DNA from: Lama guanicoe
Taxonomy: Eukaryota
DNA: 62,000 nt
Direction of reading: 5' to 3'
NCBI GenBank assembly: GCA_013239625.1
Contig: MU054323.1
Coordinates: 13,251,950-13,313,949, forward strand
In this document: piece after piece, positions 48,501 through 57,480 of the stretch
Position numbering within the stretch: the first letter of the stretch is position 1
Layout of the letters: each line of letters starts with the position of its first letter
Notes under the pieces: generated by a model
The model's database searches: none
Told to the model about the DNA's origin: nothing
What the model saw: the letters and a program-made list of their open reading frames with translations, nothing else
Position numbers and translations under genes: made by a program

Positions 48501-51500
48501 CTGGTATAAATAAAATATTCTGTTGAAACTGGCAGATTAAGAGTAAGTTACAGCCATAAGTTTTGCTTTGATTAGAAGGGATAAATATTTCTGGAGAATT
48601 AATGAGAAATTTGGGAGGAAGTTGAATATATTTGTTGGAACTTGAATTTAGCCTGCTTAACAAATAGAAAGTTAACTTCAGTTTCTTATCAGGAGAAATA
48701 TGATTCAGGCCATCATCTAAGATGAGCTGGAGTGGATGGAAACTTATTGATATGCCATCTGGGAAGATAAGAATTAATGATAAAGTCCAACACGGCCTCT
48801 TTCTGAATTTCCGCCTGCTCCAGTTCCTCTTAGAAGTTGTTTCATTAGGAATTATTGATGACCTTGGATGGGACAAACTGATCAATTATACAGTAATCAA
48901 ATGAATGTATACTTGATTTTGGAGATCACCTTTTGTTTTCCAATTGCATGACTGGTAATAAATTAATCAGGAAACACAAAGTAATGCTTTGCAAGTAGCA
49001 GTGAAATCCTTATTTATATCTGTTTTCCCCCCACATTTATTTATTTTTAAAGAAATCAATGAATGTACTGTGAACCCTGATATCTGTGGAGCAGGACACT
49101 GCATTAACCTCCCGGTGAGGTACACCTGTATATGCTACGAGGGCTACAAGTTCAGTGAGCAACAGAGGAAATGTATTGGTAAGAAGACACTTTTGATAGG
49201 TGAAATTATTAAATGTCAAATATTTGCACATTAAGAACATTTTTCATCATGAAAAAAATGTTTTTTGTGTTTACTTTTTAAAAAATTTTTAGTCCTGAGC
49301 CAGGGGATTCAAAAGAGGTTTGCTAAATTCCTAAGAGGCTCTTACCCCTTGGTTCAGTGCTACCTGTCTTGCCAAGTATAATGCAATTACATAAAGGTGA
49401 AATAATTGCCAAGAATTGTTCAGCTAAAGTATGTAAATAATTAAGAGCTCTAGAAATCTCTATCTACACACATATTTAGCAAAACAAATTAATATTAATA
49501 TATGCTGTAATAAAGAATTATATTCGTCCAAGTTCATAATATCTTATTTCTAAAAGGGATTTTGATATTGAAAATCATATATGCGGACATGAAACTATTA
49601 ATGAATTTATACAGACCTCCATATATGCTTCTTTGGAAAAAACATGAATCTCAAAAAGGGGTGTGATGGTGTTAAGTAAATCATTCTGATGTGTTAAACA
49701 CCAAATTTAATTTCTCTTTAGAAAAAGAAAATTCAACACTAAGTTAAAGGCGAATATAAAGCAACAAAGGCATAGACCTAATTAAACCTACTTGAACATG
49801 CTGAATGCCACTGTGCAAGGCGTGATTTTTGCCATTTGATTTTGCATATGTATGCAGGAGGGCAGTGAAGGCACCATCTACTTGCCCCATAAGATCGTTA
49901 TTTCTCTTGAATTCGCCTACCTGATAGGTTTTATGTTTAGAACACCAAAATATAAACTTGAAAAGGACAGTCATTTGAAAGCATTTAGTCTAGCGCCCCC
50001 TCATGTGCACAGTGGAAGACTGCCTTTCACATTTCTGACTCGTGCTGAGCTGGCCTGGGTGTTGCACAGTGAATTCCAGTGCTTACGTGACTCCAGTTAT
50101 CAGACGGGTCCTTTTGTGTTGACCTGAAATCTGTCTCTTTGGAAACACCGGTGTCATGGTTCCAGTTGGAGCTTTCGAAGCAGTATACCATACAGGTGTA
50201 CCCACTTGCTAGTAACAGCCCTTCAAGTATTCAGGGAGAACGGTCTTGTCCCTTTTAGGGTTCTCCTCAGTTGTAAAGGTTGGTGGGACACCAGGAACAG
50301 TATGCTGGGATTTCACGAACAGGGAGACTGAGAATTTCTTGCTCCACTACACTAAGCTTCTATCTGTGTTTTCGTTAACAGATACTGATGAATGTACTCA
50401 GGACCAACACCTCTGCTCCCAGGGACGCTGTGAAAACACCGAGGGAAGTTTCTTGTGTATTTGCCCAGCAGGATTTATGGCCAGCGAGGAGGGTACCAAC
50501 TGCGTAGGTAATGGCAGTATTCTTTCTGATGCAAAAATTCCCAGATGCAGGTTTTAAGCTCCCATAAGATTCCATCATTTCAGGGCTTATTCAGAGAATC
50601 TAGATTTTATTATTAAATGCCTGTTACAACATAGTAATCTGCTAGATACTGGAAGATTAAAAAATGGATTTTTTCCCAACACTTTTGAATGAAGAGTATC
50701 AGATGTGTGGAAGGACCAAAAGTGTTAAATATTTCTTTTGGATTCCACATAAGTCACAACCATTCAACTTCTTGGAGCAAATCAAAGAGATGATAAATAG
50801 CAGGAATCAATTCCTTCATTCTTAAATTCGAACTAACCTGGGAGATGGGAGGGGTTTGAAATTACGTTTTGGGAAATAAAACTTGATGTTTTCTGCTTTG
50901 TGTAGATGTCGATGAGTGTCTGAGGCCGGACGTCTGTGGAGAAGGGCACTGTGTCAACACTATGGGGGCCTTCCGGTGTGAATACTGCGACAGCGGGTAC
51001 CGCATGACCCCAGGAGGCCGCTGCGAGGGTGAGTCTGCTGGGAGGACGGGGAGGCTGTGCCAGTGCACATGACCATGAAAAATAGGGCTGGGTCCTGAAC
51101 CTGGGGATGGGAGGCCCCTGGCCTGGTCCTAATTTTCTGCCACCAGTCTGTGCAGGACACCAGCTCATCCAAGCTCTTCCCGCCTTCTGGAATCACAGTC
51201 CCTTTGCCTCCCTTCACTGACTCTGTCTGGGCTATTTTCCGTCTTCATGTTCTCTTTATTACTCACTTCAGTATCTGCCTTCCCTGGTATGTGGAGTGAA
51301 GTCACTTTAGAGCAATGAACTGCGGAGGATCTTAGCACAAACACAGACTTAATTACAGTGTCTGCGTCATTTATGTGGGGACATGGTGCAGGAGTTACCA
51401 TGTGGACTTTCAGTTTTTGACCTTTTCACCCTGTTCCATTCCTTTGTCTCAGCTTCTTTCTTTTGCATGTGTTCTGGGACCTGCTTGCAGACTCTCTCCC

Positions 51501-54500
51501 GAAGTGCTGTCTGACCAGCTGTGGGTCAAATTCCAGCTGTGCTAGATAAAATTTCCTTAGTATTGACCCCAGCAGTGAATTTGCTCTCTTTAGAAAAATG
51601 TTTTGATAAGTCTTTGTAGCATGGCCAAAATGATTAACCGTTGAATATTTCTGCTTCCACTTGTGTCCAAGTCACATAGGTACTTTTTGAAAACACCTGG
51701 TATATTTTGAATAGTTACTTTCATGAAGAAATACGCTGAGCCTCTGCTTAAATCTTGCTGTAGAAACATGAGGGCAGAAGAGCAGGGGTTTCTGGGCAGG
51801 TTTCTGAGGAGCCTGAGTGTGGGGATGGTGGCGGTTCTGTGTGGTTCCCTGCCTGACTGCCTGAGATTCAGCCTCTTTGCTAACGTGGCTGGGCTTCCAG
51901 ACCTTACAGAGAGATAGGCTGGTTGGGGCAGGCTGCTCTCAGCTGTCCCTTGGCTTCTTCTATGTGTTGGGTTTTTTCATTGTTCTAATAACCAGGCCTG
52001 GAGGGAGAGCTCATTAGACATTTTTTGGCAGCCTGCACCTGCCTCTCTTCCTGGCCCCTTGCCTCAGCCCCTTGAGTAATCTGGAGACAAGTGGGGAGCA
52101 TTTTATGTTGCTGCATCTCTGATCCACTCCTATCAGAATGGAGCCATGAACTCTTCCCTGATGGCCTAGGGCCATGGGACAGTGCAGGTGACAAGTGTCC
52201 CCACTCTGCTCTTTTGTAAGGGGGCTCTTCCTCTGATCTGGAGAGGAAGCATGGGGTCAGGAGAACAGGGACTATGGCATCAGCTCAGACCCTCACACTT
52301 GGTACCTTTCCACCTTGGAGCCCTTTGAGTAGCCAGTTCAAAGCTTAGTTCTGGGGGGAGGGTATAGCTCAGTGGTAGAGCACAGTGCTTAGCATGCACG
52401 AGGTCCTGGGTTCAATCCCTGGTACCTCCATTAAAAATATAGTACTAAATAAATGAATAAACCTAATTACCTCCCCACCTAAAACACAGACAAAATTTTT
52501 TTTAAAAAAAGCTTAGTTCTTCATCTGTAAAATGGGAACCATGAGGTCAACTTTCACGTTTGTGCAAGTTAAAGGGAGTAAAAGGGTGGATGGTGCCTGT
52601 CCCCTTGTTAGTTCTTGAGAAGTGTTCGCTTCTTTAAACTTCCCCCTTCTCTGACTCCTCTTGTTTGTGCATAAATCTTCTCAGAACATCTGTAATTGTC
52701 AGATTGTTTTTAAAGGGCGTGGGCTTATCTGTCAAGCATTCATGTGCAAAGCGATGGTCCCCAAAGAGGTCAAATATGGGTCCTCAAGTTCTCCACACAG
52801 ACTCAGGATGGGAAGATAAGATATTCAAGGACTAATCAGAGCATAAAGATGGACAGTGAAAAGGAAAGAAGTTTTAAAACTTATCTAAGCAAATGGAAAG
52901 CAGTTAGGGGAGTATTCAGTAATATTCAGTGTATGGAAATTATTTAACAGAAATATCACCAGGGTTCCCCAAGTAAATAATACATAATTCTATCACTATG
53001 AAAAAGGCTTGAAAGAAGCAGCAGCCAAATAATGTGGCTGTTTTCTCATTTCGTCGTGGACCAGAACCAGAGGTCCCCGGGCTTCTGGCTCGCTGAGGAT
53101 TTTCTCAGCTGTCACTGACAAAGTCGCTTTCAAATATCGCCAGTCTCCAAGGAGTCTGTTGTGGTTCACAGACATTATCTCATGCATTCATGCTTTCTCC
53201 TATGAAGGTGCTACCAGGCAGGTAGTCTCACTCTCAAAGATGAGGAAACGAACTAACAGAAGTGAGAGCAGCAGGCAGTTCAGGGATGCTGTCTCGTGTT
53301 GCTCAGCCTTGTACCTTCTTTCACGGGCCAGCCTATCTCTGTGACCTTCTCTGACTTAGCAGTTGTAGTTCCATTTTTAAAAAATCACATCCAGAGAAGA
53401 ATGTAATGCTGTTTGGAAAGTGAAACTGGCAAGCATCATCTTTTTGTAGAACAAGAAGTCCCAGAACATCTGACCTAAAAAAAAAACACAAAACAAAACA
53501 AAACAAAACCACTGTGTGTCATTGTCTATTGGCAAGAAATTTTTGCTGATAGGAAAAAAAAATTACAGCATTGACCTGGTGCTTATTAATTCTATTAATA
53601 ACATCTTTTACTTTAAGCATCTTTTCACACATGTCTAGTGATACATAATGGGGAATAATTTTTGAGAATTTACCAGAATGATGACATCAGATACCCATGC
53701 ATGTTTAGTTTATTCGTTACGTATTTCTTACACTGCTCAACTTACCTGAAAAAAATCTGTTTATATTTTAAGCTTGATTAGAGGTCCTGTATACATCTCA
53801 TGCTGGGACACTTAGACGTTGAATCCACTCATTGAATTCAGAATCCAACTCCAGAAAAATACGTATTTCAGCTGGGGCCGGTACCCAGGGGTTGGTACTC
53901 ATTTGAAACTGTGGGCCATCTCCTGTATCTTACCTTCCCCCACTGTATTGTTTTACCGTTTGTAAAAATGCTTAAAGCTGTTGTATCTCTGCCGCAGCTC
54001 CATCCATGTTGAAGGTGTTTTTTCCCTCCTCACATTGTAAAGAACAGAGATTAATAACTTTAGTTACTGTGAATGAAAAGTAAGGTGTATTTTTACCAGA
54101 AAATATTACTCTGTGGTCATGCACCATGTTCTCTGGAAAATCCTGGAAGTATTTGATGAGTTCATTCTCTCCTAATATTCTTAGTCCATCTCCACGGAAT
54201 TCCTGTCATATGGAAGGTTTTACATTATTCAAACCTAGGATGTTTGGGGCCCATGGTGCCAAAGCAGAGATTTCCCTAGAGCATCCATTGTCTGTGGAGA
54301 GAGCCTCTTAGCCAGGTGGATAAATGGCTTCCTCCCTCTCATGCCCGTTTCTTGTCTTTCTTTCTGGCAAGCCATGCTATTACTTGAAAGGTTTGATATC
54401 CAGAAAGTGGCCCTGGAGAAGCTGCCAGCTCCCAGAGTGGGGAGAGCTGGGCCTGAGAATTGGGGCCAAGGTCTTCCTTGGAACACGTGTAAATCTTTCA

Positions 54501-54813
54501 ATCAAGGTATAGCCAGCCATGCATTATTGCTGTGTGTTTAAGTGCAGACCCAGTGTTTCCCTTTTCCGCTTACTGTTTTCTCCACCTAAATGTAGAAATA
54601 ACCTACCTTTTCCCCCGCTCTATCGCACAAGTCAGTTTGTGCTGTAGTGTTCTGATCAAATGTCCGTGACCTGGTAGCTTTTTGTTTTTTCAGATATTGA
54701 TGAATGTTTGACTCCAAGTACTTGTCCGGATGAGCAGTGCGTGAATTCTCCTGGGTCTTACCACTGTGTTCCCTGCACAGAAGGGTTCCGAGGCTGGAAT
54801 GGGCAGTGTCTTG
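478..54813 (+). CDS. LTBP1: LTBP1, partial spliced CDS: join(478..580,4607..4678,24400..24522,32111..32278,34910..35137,37304..37326,40364..40463,41258..41356,49053..49178,50382..50507,50906..51028,54694..54813); gene continues beyond both ends
   Basis: Twelve AG/GT-bounded exons with compatible phases translate without a stop. The product closely matches the recalled mammalian LTBP1 sequence ([19 protein letters not shown]...[16 protein letters not shown]...[17 protein letters not shown]...HRRRPIHHH...[17 protein letters not shown]...). Confidence 0.97.
2025..2090 (+). mobile_element. MIR SINE fragment
   Basis: agcatggagtttggagttaggtagacctgagtttgactcccagctctgtcacttgct resembles the MIR 5' part. 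Confidence 0.6.
4137..4270. mobile_element. MER94-like hAT-Blackjack MITE
   Basis: tataatttgttgtctcaactggaacccttttgggagtgaaa...gtcccaggcagaccatgatgtatagtcaccctg resembles the recalled MER94 consensus. Confidence 0.65.
4607..4678 (+). CDS. LTBP1: LTBP1 exon (72 nt, phase 1-1): (T)[23 protein letters not shown], includes an N-glycosylation sequon NNT
   Basis: Acceptor tctttcttcttgacag|CT; donor CAAG|gtaagc; absent from the ORF track, found by reading. Confidence 0.95.
6070..6535 (+). mobile_element. CR1/L3 LINE 3' fragment (ancient, degraded)
   Basis: Motifs ttaggatgcattagtagaa and ggatgtttagcttggagaag...aatagctgcctt are typical of the L3 ORF2 3' end; boundaries approximate. Confidence 0.6.
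8519..8566 (+). mobile_element. Very short L1 3' tail
   Basis: aattaacccaacattgtaaatcgactatacttcagtttaaaaag matches the 3' end of the L1 tail at 57952-58210. Confidence 0.65.
9876..10130. mobile_element. MER53-like hAT MITE interrupted by a SINE
   Basis: gggattgccagctaaaat...tttgaatttcagataaacagcaaataat on the left; gggtatcctgtgtttttattttctaatctg on the right of the SINE. Confidence 0.7.
9973..10081 (+). mobile_element. tRNA-Ala-derived SINE (camelid Vic-1 type)
   Basis: gggggaggttctggctcaagtggtagag...ttagcatacacaaggtcctgacttcagtccccagtacctc head; 13-bp TSD tttgaatttcaca at 9960-9972 and 10082-10094. Confidence 0.85.
10250..10740 (-). mobile_element. Old L1M/HAL1-type fragment
   Basis: T-rich tract with tcagctattacctcttcaaatattgcttct, typical of antisense ancient L1; boundaries approximate. 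Confidence 0.5.
10764..10903 (-). mobile_element. tRNA-Ala-derived SINE (Vic-1 type), antisense
   Basis: aggtactggggattgaacctggaaccttatgcatgctaggcacagactcagccactgagc is the reverse complement of the SINE head; taattaggtt tail motif; TSD cttgtttca at 10755-10763 and 10904-10912. Confidence 0.85.
12824..12982. mobile_element. MER2/Tigger-type MITE, internally deleted
   Basis: TA-flanked imperfect TIRs tagtcagccttctgtatc...gggttaccaagggacgactg; internal ttgagcatccatgg and tcctggaaccaagcccc. Confidence 0.7.
13464..14710 (-). mobile_element. L1 3' end (3'UTR + ORF2 C-terminus), 5'-truncated, cetartiodactyl type
   Basis: Poly-T then aattgaagtatagtcagtttaca...; gatggacatttaggttgcttccatgtcttggctattgtaaatagtgctgc; ttgcaaatattttctcctattct. 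Confidence 0.9.
13918..13958. repeat. (CG/CA)n microsatellite inside L1
   Basis: acacgcgcacacgcacgcgcacacacacacacacacacaca. Confidence 0.9.
14709..14811. mobile_element. MLT1-type MaLR LTR fragment
   Basis: agactctacttcttaatgggagggagctgcaacgtcacat...gggcttgaatacaaggagagg resembles old MLT1 LTR ends. Confidence 0.5.
15003..15315 (-). mobile_element. L1MB/L1ME-type 3'UTR fragment
   Basis: ttgttgaagtataacctatgtatagaa...ttttgtgtctggcttctttcactcaacagcatg. Confidence 0.7.
15803..15857 (+). mobile_element. Very short L1 3' tail with A-rich end
   Basis: ttgatacaacattataaaatgactataactcaataaaaaaatgttaaaa flanked by aaaatagtca / aaaaaagtca. Confidence 0.7.
16670..16927. mobile_element. hAT-Charlie non-autonomous element (degraded)
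   Basis: Imperfect TIRs caacatttcacgaaatgtgctcc...gaacaccttgggtaaaattgctg; internal aaaaaaggttccatggccaa and aggacttctcgaggcc. Confidence 0.55.
20015..20800 (+). mobile_element. Ancient L1M (L1MB/L1ME-like) ORF2 end and 3'UTR
   Basis: atgacccagaaattcta, tcatcagtagaatggataaa, tgatctgggtggtggttacacag, ttgctgtatgtaagtttaaaaagaaaaaa. Confidence 0.75.
21089..21223 (-). mobile_element. tRNA-Ala-derived SINE (Vic-1 type), antisense
   Basis: gaggtgctgggggttgaacccaggaccttgtgtgtgctaagcgtgcactctgccacttgagctgta; TSD cctttttagtctt (21076-21088) / cctttgtagtctt (21224-21236). Confidence 0.87.
22280..22585 (-). mobile_element. L1MA9-like 3'UTR
   Basis: aattgaggtataattgacatataacattatg...cattacatccccagaacttatttatcttataactggaag. 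Confidence 0.8.
22616..22714 (-). mobile_element. Younger L1 3' tail, antisense
   Basis: ttttattgaagtatagtcagtttacaatgttgtgtcaatttctggtgtacagcata, same family as 13464 and 57952. Confidence 0.8.
22803..23139 (-). mobile_element. MLT1A-type MaLR solo LTR
   Basis: tcttagtcc...gctataacaaaatac...ctcacagttctggagactgggaagtccaagatcaagg...aacattcagaccatagca; near-TSD gtcac/atcac. Confidence 0.85.
23200..24250 (+). mobile_element. L2 LINE 3' region (degraded)
   Basis: C/T-rich L2-like body ending actagactgt...catagtaggtgcatagtaaatatttg...caataaatgtttgactga; boundaries approximate. Confidence 0.55.
24400..24522 (+). CDS. LTBP1: LTBP1 exon (123 nt, phase 1-1), calcium-binding [44 protein letters not shown]
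   Basis: Acceptor ttcccgcag|AT; donor GTCC|gtaagt; six-Cys cbEGF pattern. Confidence 0.96.
27765..27985. mobile_element. MER58A hAT-Charlie MITE
   Basis: cagaggctggcaaattatagcctgtgggccaatcc...ttttactggaacacggcca...aagtttgctgacttttg. Confidence 0.85.
27994..28174. mobile_element. MER3 hAT-Charlie MITE
   Basis: gctgtccaatagaattttccatgatgatggaaatgttctgtatttgcactgtc...tagtgtgactgagagattgaatttt. Confidence 0.8.
28555..28710 (-). mobile_element. MIR SINE
   Basis: tgccaggcactgtgatgagcactttatatggattatc...atgaagaaattgaggcacagagaggttaag. Confidence 0.75.
30515..30928 (-). mobile_element. MLT2-type ERVL solo LTR, complete
   Basis: TG...CA ends, tgtattagtcagggttctctccagagaaac, ttggatgaggcccacccacac, gatttaaatgttaatctcat; perfect 5-bp TSD gccag at 30510-30514 and 30929-30933. 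Confidence 0.88.
32111..32278 (+). CDS. LTBP1: LTBP1 exon (168 nt, phase 1-1), TB/8-Cys domain Cys1-7: [56 protein letters not shown]
   Basis: Acceptor ctctctgcttcag|CG; donor ACAG|gtaaga; CCC triplet and GKAWG motif of TB domains. Confidence 0.96.
34495..34670. repeat. Degenerate (TA)n / AT-rich low-complexity tract
   Basis: Multiple tatata runs, e.g. gatatatatgtatatatgctctgatatatgctatatatgctatatatata. Confidence 0.8.
34910..35137 (+). CDS. LTBP1: LTBP1 exon (228 nt, phase 1-1), end of TB domain and start of hinge: [76 protein letters not shown]; internal alternative acceptor at 35069
   Basis: Acceptor ttttcccatcccaaatctag|CT; donor GAAG|gtaaga. Confidence 0.95.
35214..35432. mobile_element. 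MER20 hAT-Charlie MITE, full length
   Basis: ggcactgttgacactttgggg...ggatgtttagcaacatctctggcctcta...caaccaaaaaggtgtccagacattg...tgagaagcactg; 219 bp; follows a ctctagaa target. Confidence 0.87.
37304..37326 (+). CDS. LTBP1: LTBP1 23-nt microexon (phase 1-0): VATVPPEK
   Basis: Branch-point-like tactaat at 37272-37278, long pyrimidine tract, tag|TGGCAACTGTACCCCCTGAGAAG|gtaatt; needed to keep frame between the flanking exons. Confidence 0.92.
37458..37590 (-). mobile_element. L2 3' end
   Basis: cattcattcattcaagaaatgcttatttagcacctactat...ggcactgttg...catggaacctaaattctag. Confidence 0.75.
40364..40463 (+). CDS. LTBP1: LTBP1 exon (100 nt, phase 0-1), hinge: [33 protein letters not shown]
   Basis: Acceptor ccatccag|GAA; donor CCAG|gtaggc; absent from the ORF track. 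Confidence 0.94.
40638..40942. mobile_element. MER44A-like Tigger MITE
   Basis: ta|cagttgctccttccttatccatgg ... tgtggataagtggggactcctg TIR pair; internal ggaaattccagaagtaagcaattcat and gggtcttagaacgtacccc. Confidence 0.8.
41258..41356 (+). CDS. LTBP1: LTBP1 exon (99 nt, or 96 nt from 41261; phase 1-1), hinge: [33 protein letters not shown]
   Basis: Tandem acceptor ttccttgtatag|tag|TG; donor ACAG|gtaggc. Confidence 0.93.
41490..42600 (+). mobile_element. Ancient L1ME-type fragments
   Basis: aatagaaaaatgggga, ctagtaatcagagaagtgcaagttaaa, ggaatgtaaactggttcagcttttctggaaagca, tttgactcagtaacctca; boundaries approximate. Confidence 0.6.
45714..45950 (-). mobile_element. L1MA9-like 3'UTR fragment
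   Basis: Poly-T then tactgagacgtgattgacatgtaacctcgtgtaagtttaagg...gtatagttgactata. Confidence 0.65.
47955..48190 (-). mobile_element. MIR SINE
   Basis: tttattgagcacatacaatgtaccaggtg...attattctcatttacacctgctgaaaagtgaggcttaga. Confidence 0.65.
49053..49178 (+). CDS. LTBP1: LTBP1 exon (126 nt, phase 1-1), cb[45 protein letters not shown]
   Basis: Acceptor tttatttttaaag|AA; donor ATTG|gtaaga. Confidence 0.95.
50382..50507 (+). CDS. LTBP1: LTBP1 exon (126 nt, phase 1-1), cb[45 protein letters not shown]
   Basis: Acceptor ttttcgttaacag|AT; donor GTAG|gtaatg. Confidence 0.95.
   Translation: MLMNVLRTNTSAPRDAVKTPREVSCVFAQQDLWPARRVPTA
50906..51028 (+). CDS. LTBP1: LTBP1 exon (123 nt, phase 1-1), cb[44 protein letters not shown]
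   Basis: Acceptor ttttctgctttgtgtag|AT; donor GAGG|gtgagt. Confidence 0.95.
52353..52507 (+). mobile_element. tRNA-Ala(AGC)-derived SINE (Vic-1 type), full length, inserted in a MIR
   Basis: ggggggagggtatagctcagtggtagagcacagtgcttagcatgcacgaggtcctgggttcaatccctggtacctcca; perfect 13-bp TSD aaagcttagttct at 52340-52352 and 52508-52520; MIR core tcatctgtaaaatggg resumes at 52521. Confidence 0.92.
54694..54813 (+). CDS. LTBP1: LTBP1 exon (120 nt, phase 1-1), cb[43 protein letters not shown]
   Basis: Acceptor tttttgttttttcag|AT; donor CTTG|gtaggt. Confidence 0.95.
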
Positions 54814-55484
54814 GTAGGTACCAGAGTGTTCTTATCATAGTTGCGTTTCTTCTGTCTGGCCCGTTTTCCAACAAAGTGGTGTGATGCCAAGTGAGCCATC
54901 TTTCAAAACTGAAAAAGGGGGGGAAAAAAGGAATGTAACAAACTCATGTCATTCTGAGCAGTTCTAGGTAACTTTGAACCATGAAGAAAATAAGAAATTG
55001 AGTTGACATGAGGAATGTGAGATTTTACATGGGACAAATAATTCTGATTGAAACAAGTTGTTATCCCTGATGTGATAACTAACCAAAACCAAATAAAATA
55101 ATACACACCACAGGGAGAAGAGAGGTGGAGAGCAAAATGCTGGAAAGGAGAGAAAAGGCTTGAGGAGAAGTTACCACAGACTCATAGAATCAGGAAACAT
55201 ACAAACGCAAACTTGGAGCAGGAGTAGCAAGTGTAGAAAGAGCAGTCTGGTTGGATTGCTCATGTGCCTTATATTCATGCATTCATCCCTTTCAGTATTT
55301 AACACTGAATCCCAGTGATGAATTGGCGTTGGCTCTCATTTCCTGTGCTCTAGTTAGCTTTCCCCCTTAATGGTTTTCCTTTATGTTTCTGTTGACCGTG
55401 GGATCTTCTTCTCAAAAGGGGGACTCTCTTCCACTCCATGCCACATTCTGACAATGTGAGCTAAACTTTTCCTTCCTTTCTTCC

Positions 55485-55980
55485 TTCTTTCCTTCCTTCC
55501 ACAAATGCTGGAGAACTCACTGTCTATACCCAGAGTTGTACTGAGTACTGGGATACATTGAGGGCTTAAAAAATAATAGTAATAAAAGTACTCTCCCCAT
55601 GAAACTTACTACTCTCTGGTCGAGGAGACTGACACTCACCCAGACACCTTATGAGTACAGGTGAATGGACACCTGAGACAAATGCTAGGAGAGAGAGCTG
55701 TGTGATGTTGTAAGGGCATATGATAGAAGGAGTTGCCTCTAGGAAAATCCTTGAGTTGAAGCTTAACTGGGGATTGAACTGGGGAAGGGGGTAAGAGGGA
55801 GGTCATTTTGGCCATCTGACCAGTGTAAGGGGCTTGTGGAAGGAGGAAGCAGGTCATCTTCCAGAAGCTAGAAGGCCAGTGTGGCTGAAGAACAGAGTAC
55901 AGGGTAAGATTTCTGCAAGATTCCAGGCCCTCTTGGTCCTATTAAAAATACTGGTCTTGATTCTTACATCTCTGGGAGGA
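55485..55980 (-). mobile_element. L2 fragment
   Basis: ctccccatgaaacttactactct..., aggccagtgtggctgaagaacagagt; boundaries approximate. Confidence 0.55.
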
Positions 55981-57224
55981 CGTGTATGTGTCTCAGCAGA
56001 GTTGAGATGAGTGGGCTTGACAGACACACTCCCAGTTTTGAAGCTTTGGACTCTTCATTAGGCAGCAAGAGCTAAACCTCTGTACCCAGTACGGGTGGTC
56101 CCCTGCCCTGAATCTCATGCCCATCCCCATGGGTCTCTATCAGGGAATTGTGTGAGGTGCTGATCTTTGGGTAGAAGAAAAGATTTTTTGTTTGTTTATT
56201 AATTGCTTCTTTGATTAGCATTTGTTGATGTAATCGGTGGCAGTCAGAAAGTGTATTTGGTTTTAATTTTTCCATTTGGCGTAAATGTCCGAGTTACCTA
56301 TCAAGTTCCGTTCTTGTACCTGCTTTCACATACAGATACATATTATAATCCAAGAGCAGAGCCTGGACTTTATCTTAACTTACTAAAATGCACAGTCGTG
56401 GTGTAAACACAGCCCTGATTCATGCATTCGCTGATGGAAAGTGACTGACCAGATTGGCACATGGTTGCTCATCACTAGAAATGCGCAGATCTAGGTGGGG
56501 GAATGATAATAAATGAATTCTTACACCTAAATGAGCTCAGTCAGTCTGATGGTGACCACTCTGCTCCGGTTTAGTGACGGATACACAGCACCTCATTTAA
56601 CAGCAGTTTTGCTTTGTCAACCAGATTAGTAGACTCGTAAGCAGATCTGTTAGGTCACCGTGTTGTTACTCAACCAAAGTCACATGCTTGACCACTTGTC
56701 CAAGCAATAACTTTCGGTTTTGCGTTGCTAACTAAGGTTGCACATCTCCCAGCAGAAGCAGGCAGTGTACTTTTTCCCTTCTGTGTTGGGTAAAGTTGTA
56801 GGTTCTGTGTCATCTGTAAGTCAGGGGACCCCTCTGTGACCATTGCAGTGCCGTCCATGGCTCATATTGGACTTGCAGCTCTTCTCAGTTTCTCATGAGG
56901 GCTTTTGCAGATTGTACTGAAATAGATTTTTCCACTCTAATTTTTATGGCAGTCAAGCTTTCAAATGTTAACATTGAGTGTGACAAAAAGCAGATACTGC
57001 AATGTGCCTTTCTGCTCAGATTGAGCCAGTGAATGGGTTGGATTCTTCAATAGCCCTCTGACAATGCTTGTGAATACCCAGCCATTTCTTTTTGATTTAG
57101 TTCCTTTACATGTTTTCGTTCTCATCTTCGTGATTCTGGCACTCCGAAATACTTCTCAGAAGGTGCAGTCCTACTTAAGCATGTCTTTGAGTTGAGCTCA
57201 TCGATAACACAACCTGACATATGT

Positions 57225-57480
57225 TTGTTTGTTCATTTGCCCCTCGCATCAGTCAACATTGCATGCCTGGTATGAGCCAGGCATTGTGTTTTAGACCCTG
57301 GGGACTGAGAGTGAACAGAGTAAATTCCCTCCTTTCATTACACGTGGACTCTAGAGCTTGCATTGTGCTCACAGGGAAACAAGTGAGAAAGCAGAGTATG
57401 TGATGTGTCAGGTGTGGTGAGTGCCCTAGAGGGAAGAGCACCCTAAAGGATACAGGGAGTGTTAGAGATTTTGCGTGGAC
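57225..57480 (-). mobile_element. L2 3' fragment
   Basis: tatgagccaggcattgtgttttagaccctggggactgagagtgaacaga. Confidence 0.55.

Noticed and set aside
48430..48885. Longest ORF in the track (151 aa, minus strand)
   Set aside because: No recognisable domain, L/I/S/F-rich composition typical of AT-rich intron, non-ATG start, and no supporting gene structure
50833..51217. Overlapping minus-strand ORFs opposite a cbEGF exon
   Set aside because: Shadow ORFs of a GC-rich exon and its flank; no protein-like signal
52358..52430. Possible functional tRNA-Ala gene
   Set aside because: Carries a SINE tail and TSD, an acceptor-stem mismatch and an extra base before the anticodon stem; three related copies lie in the window
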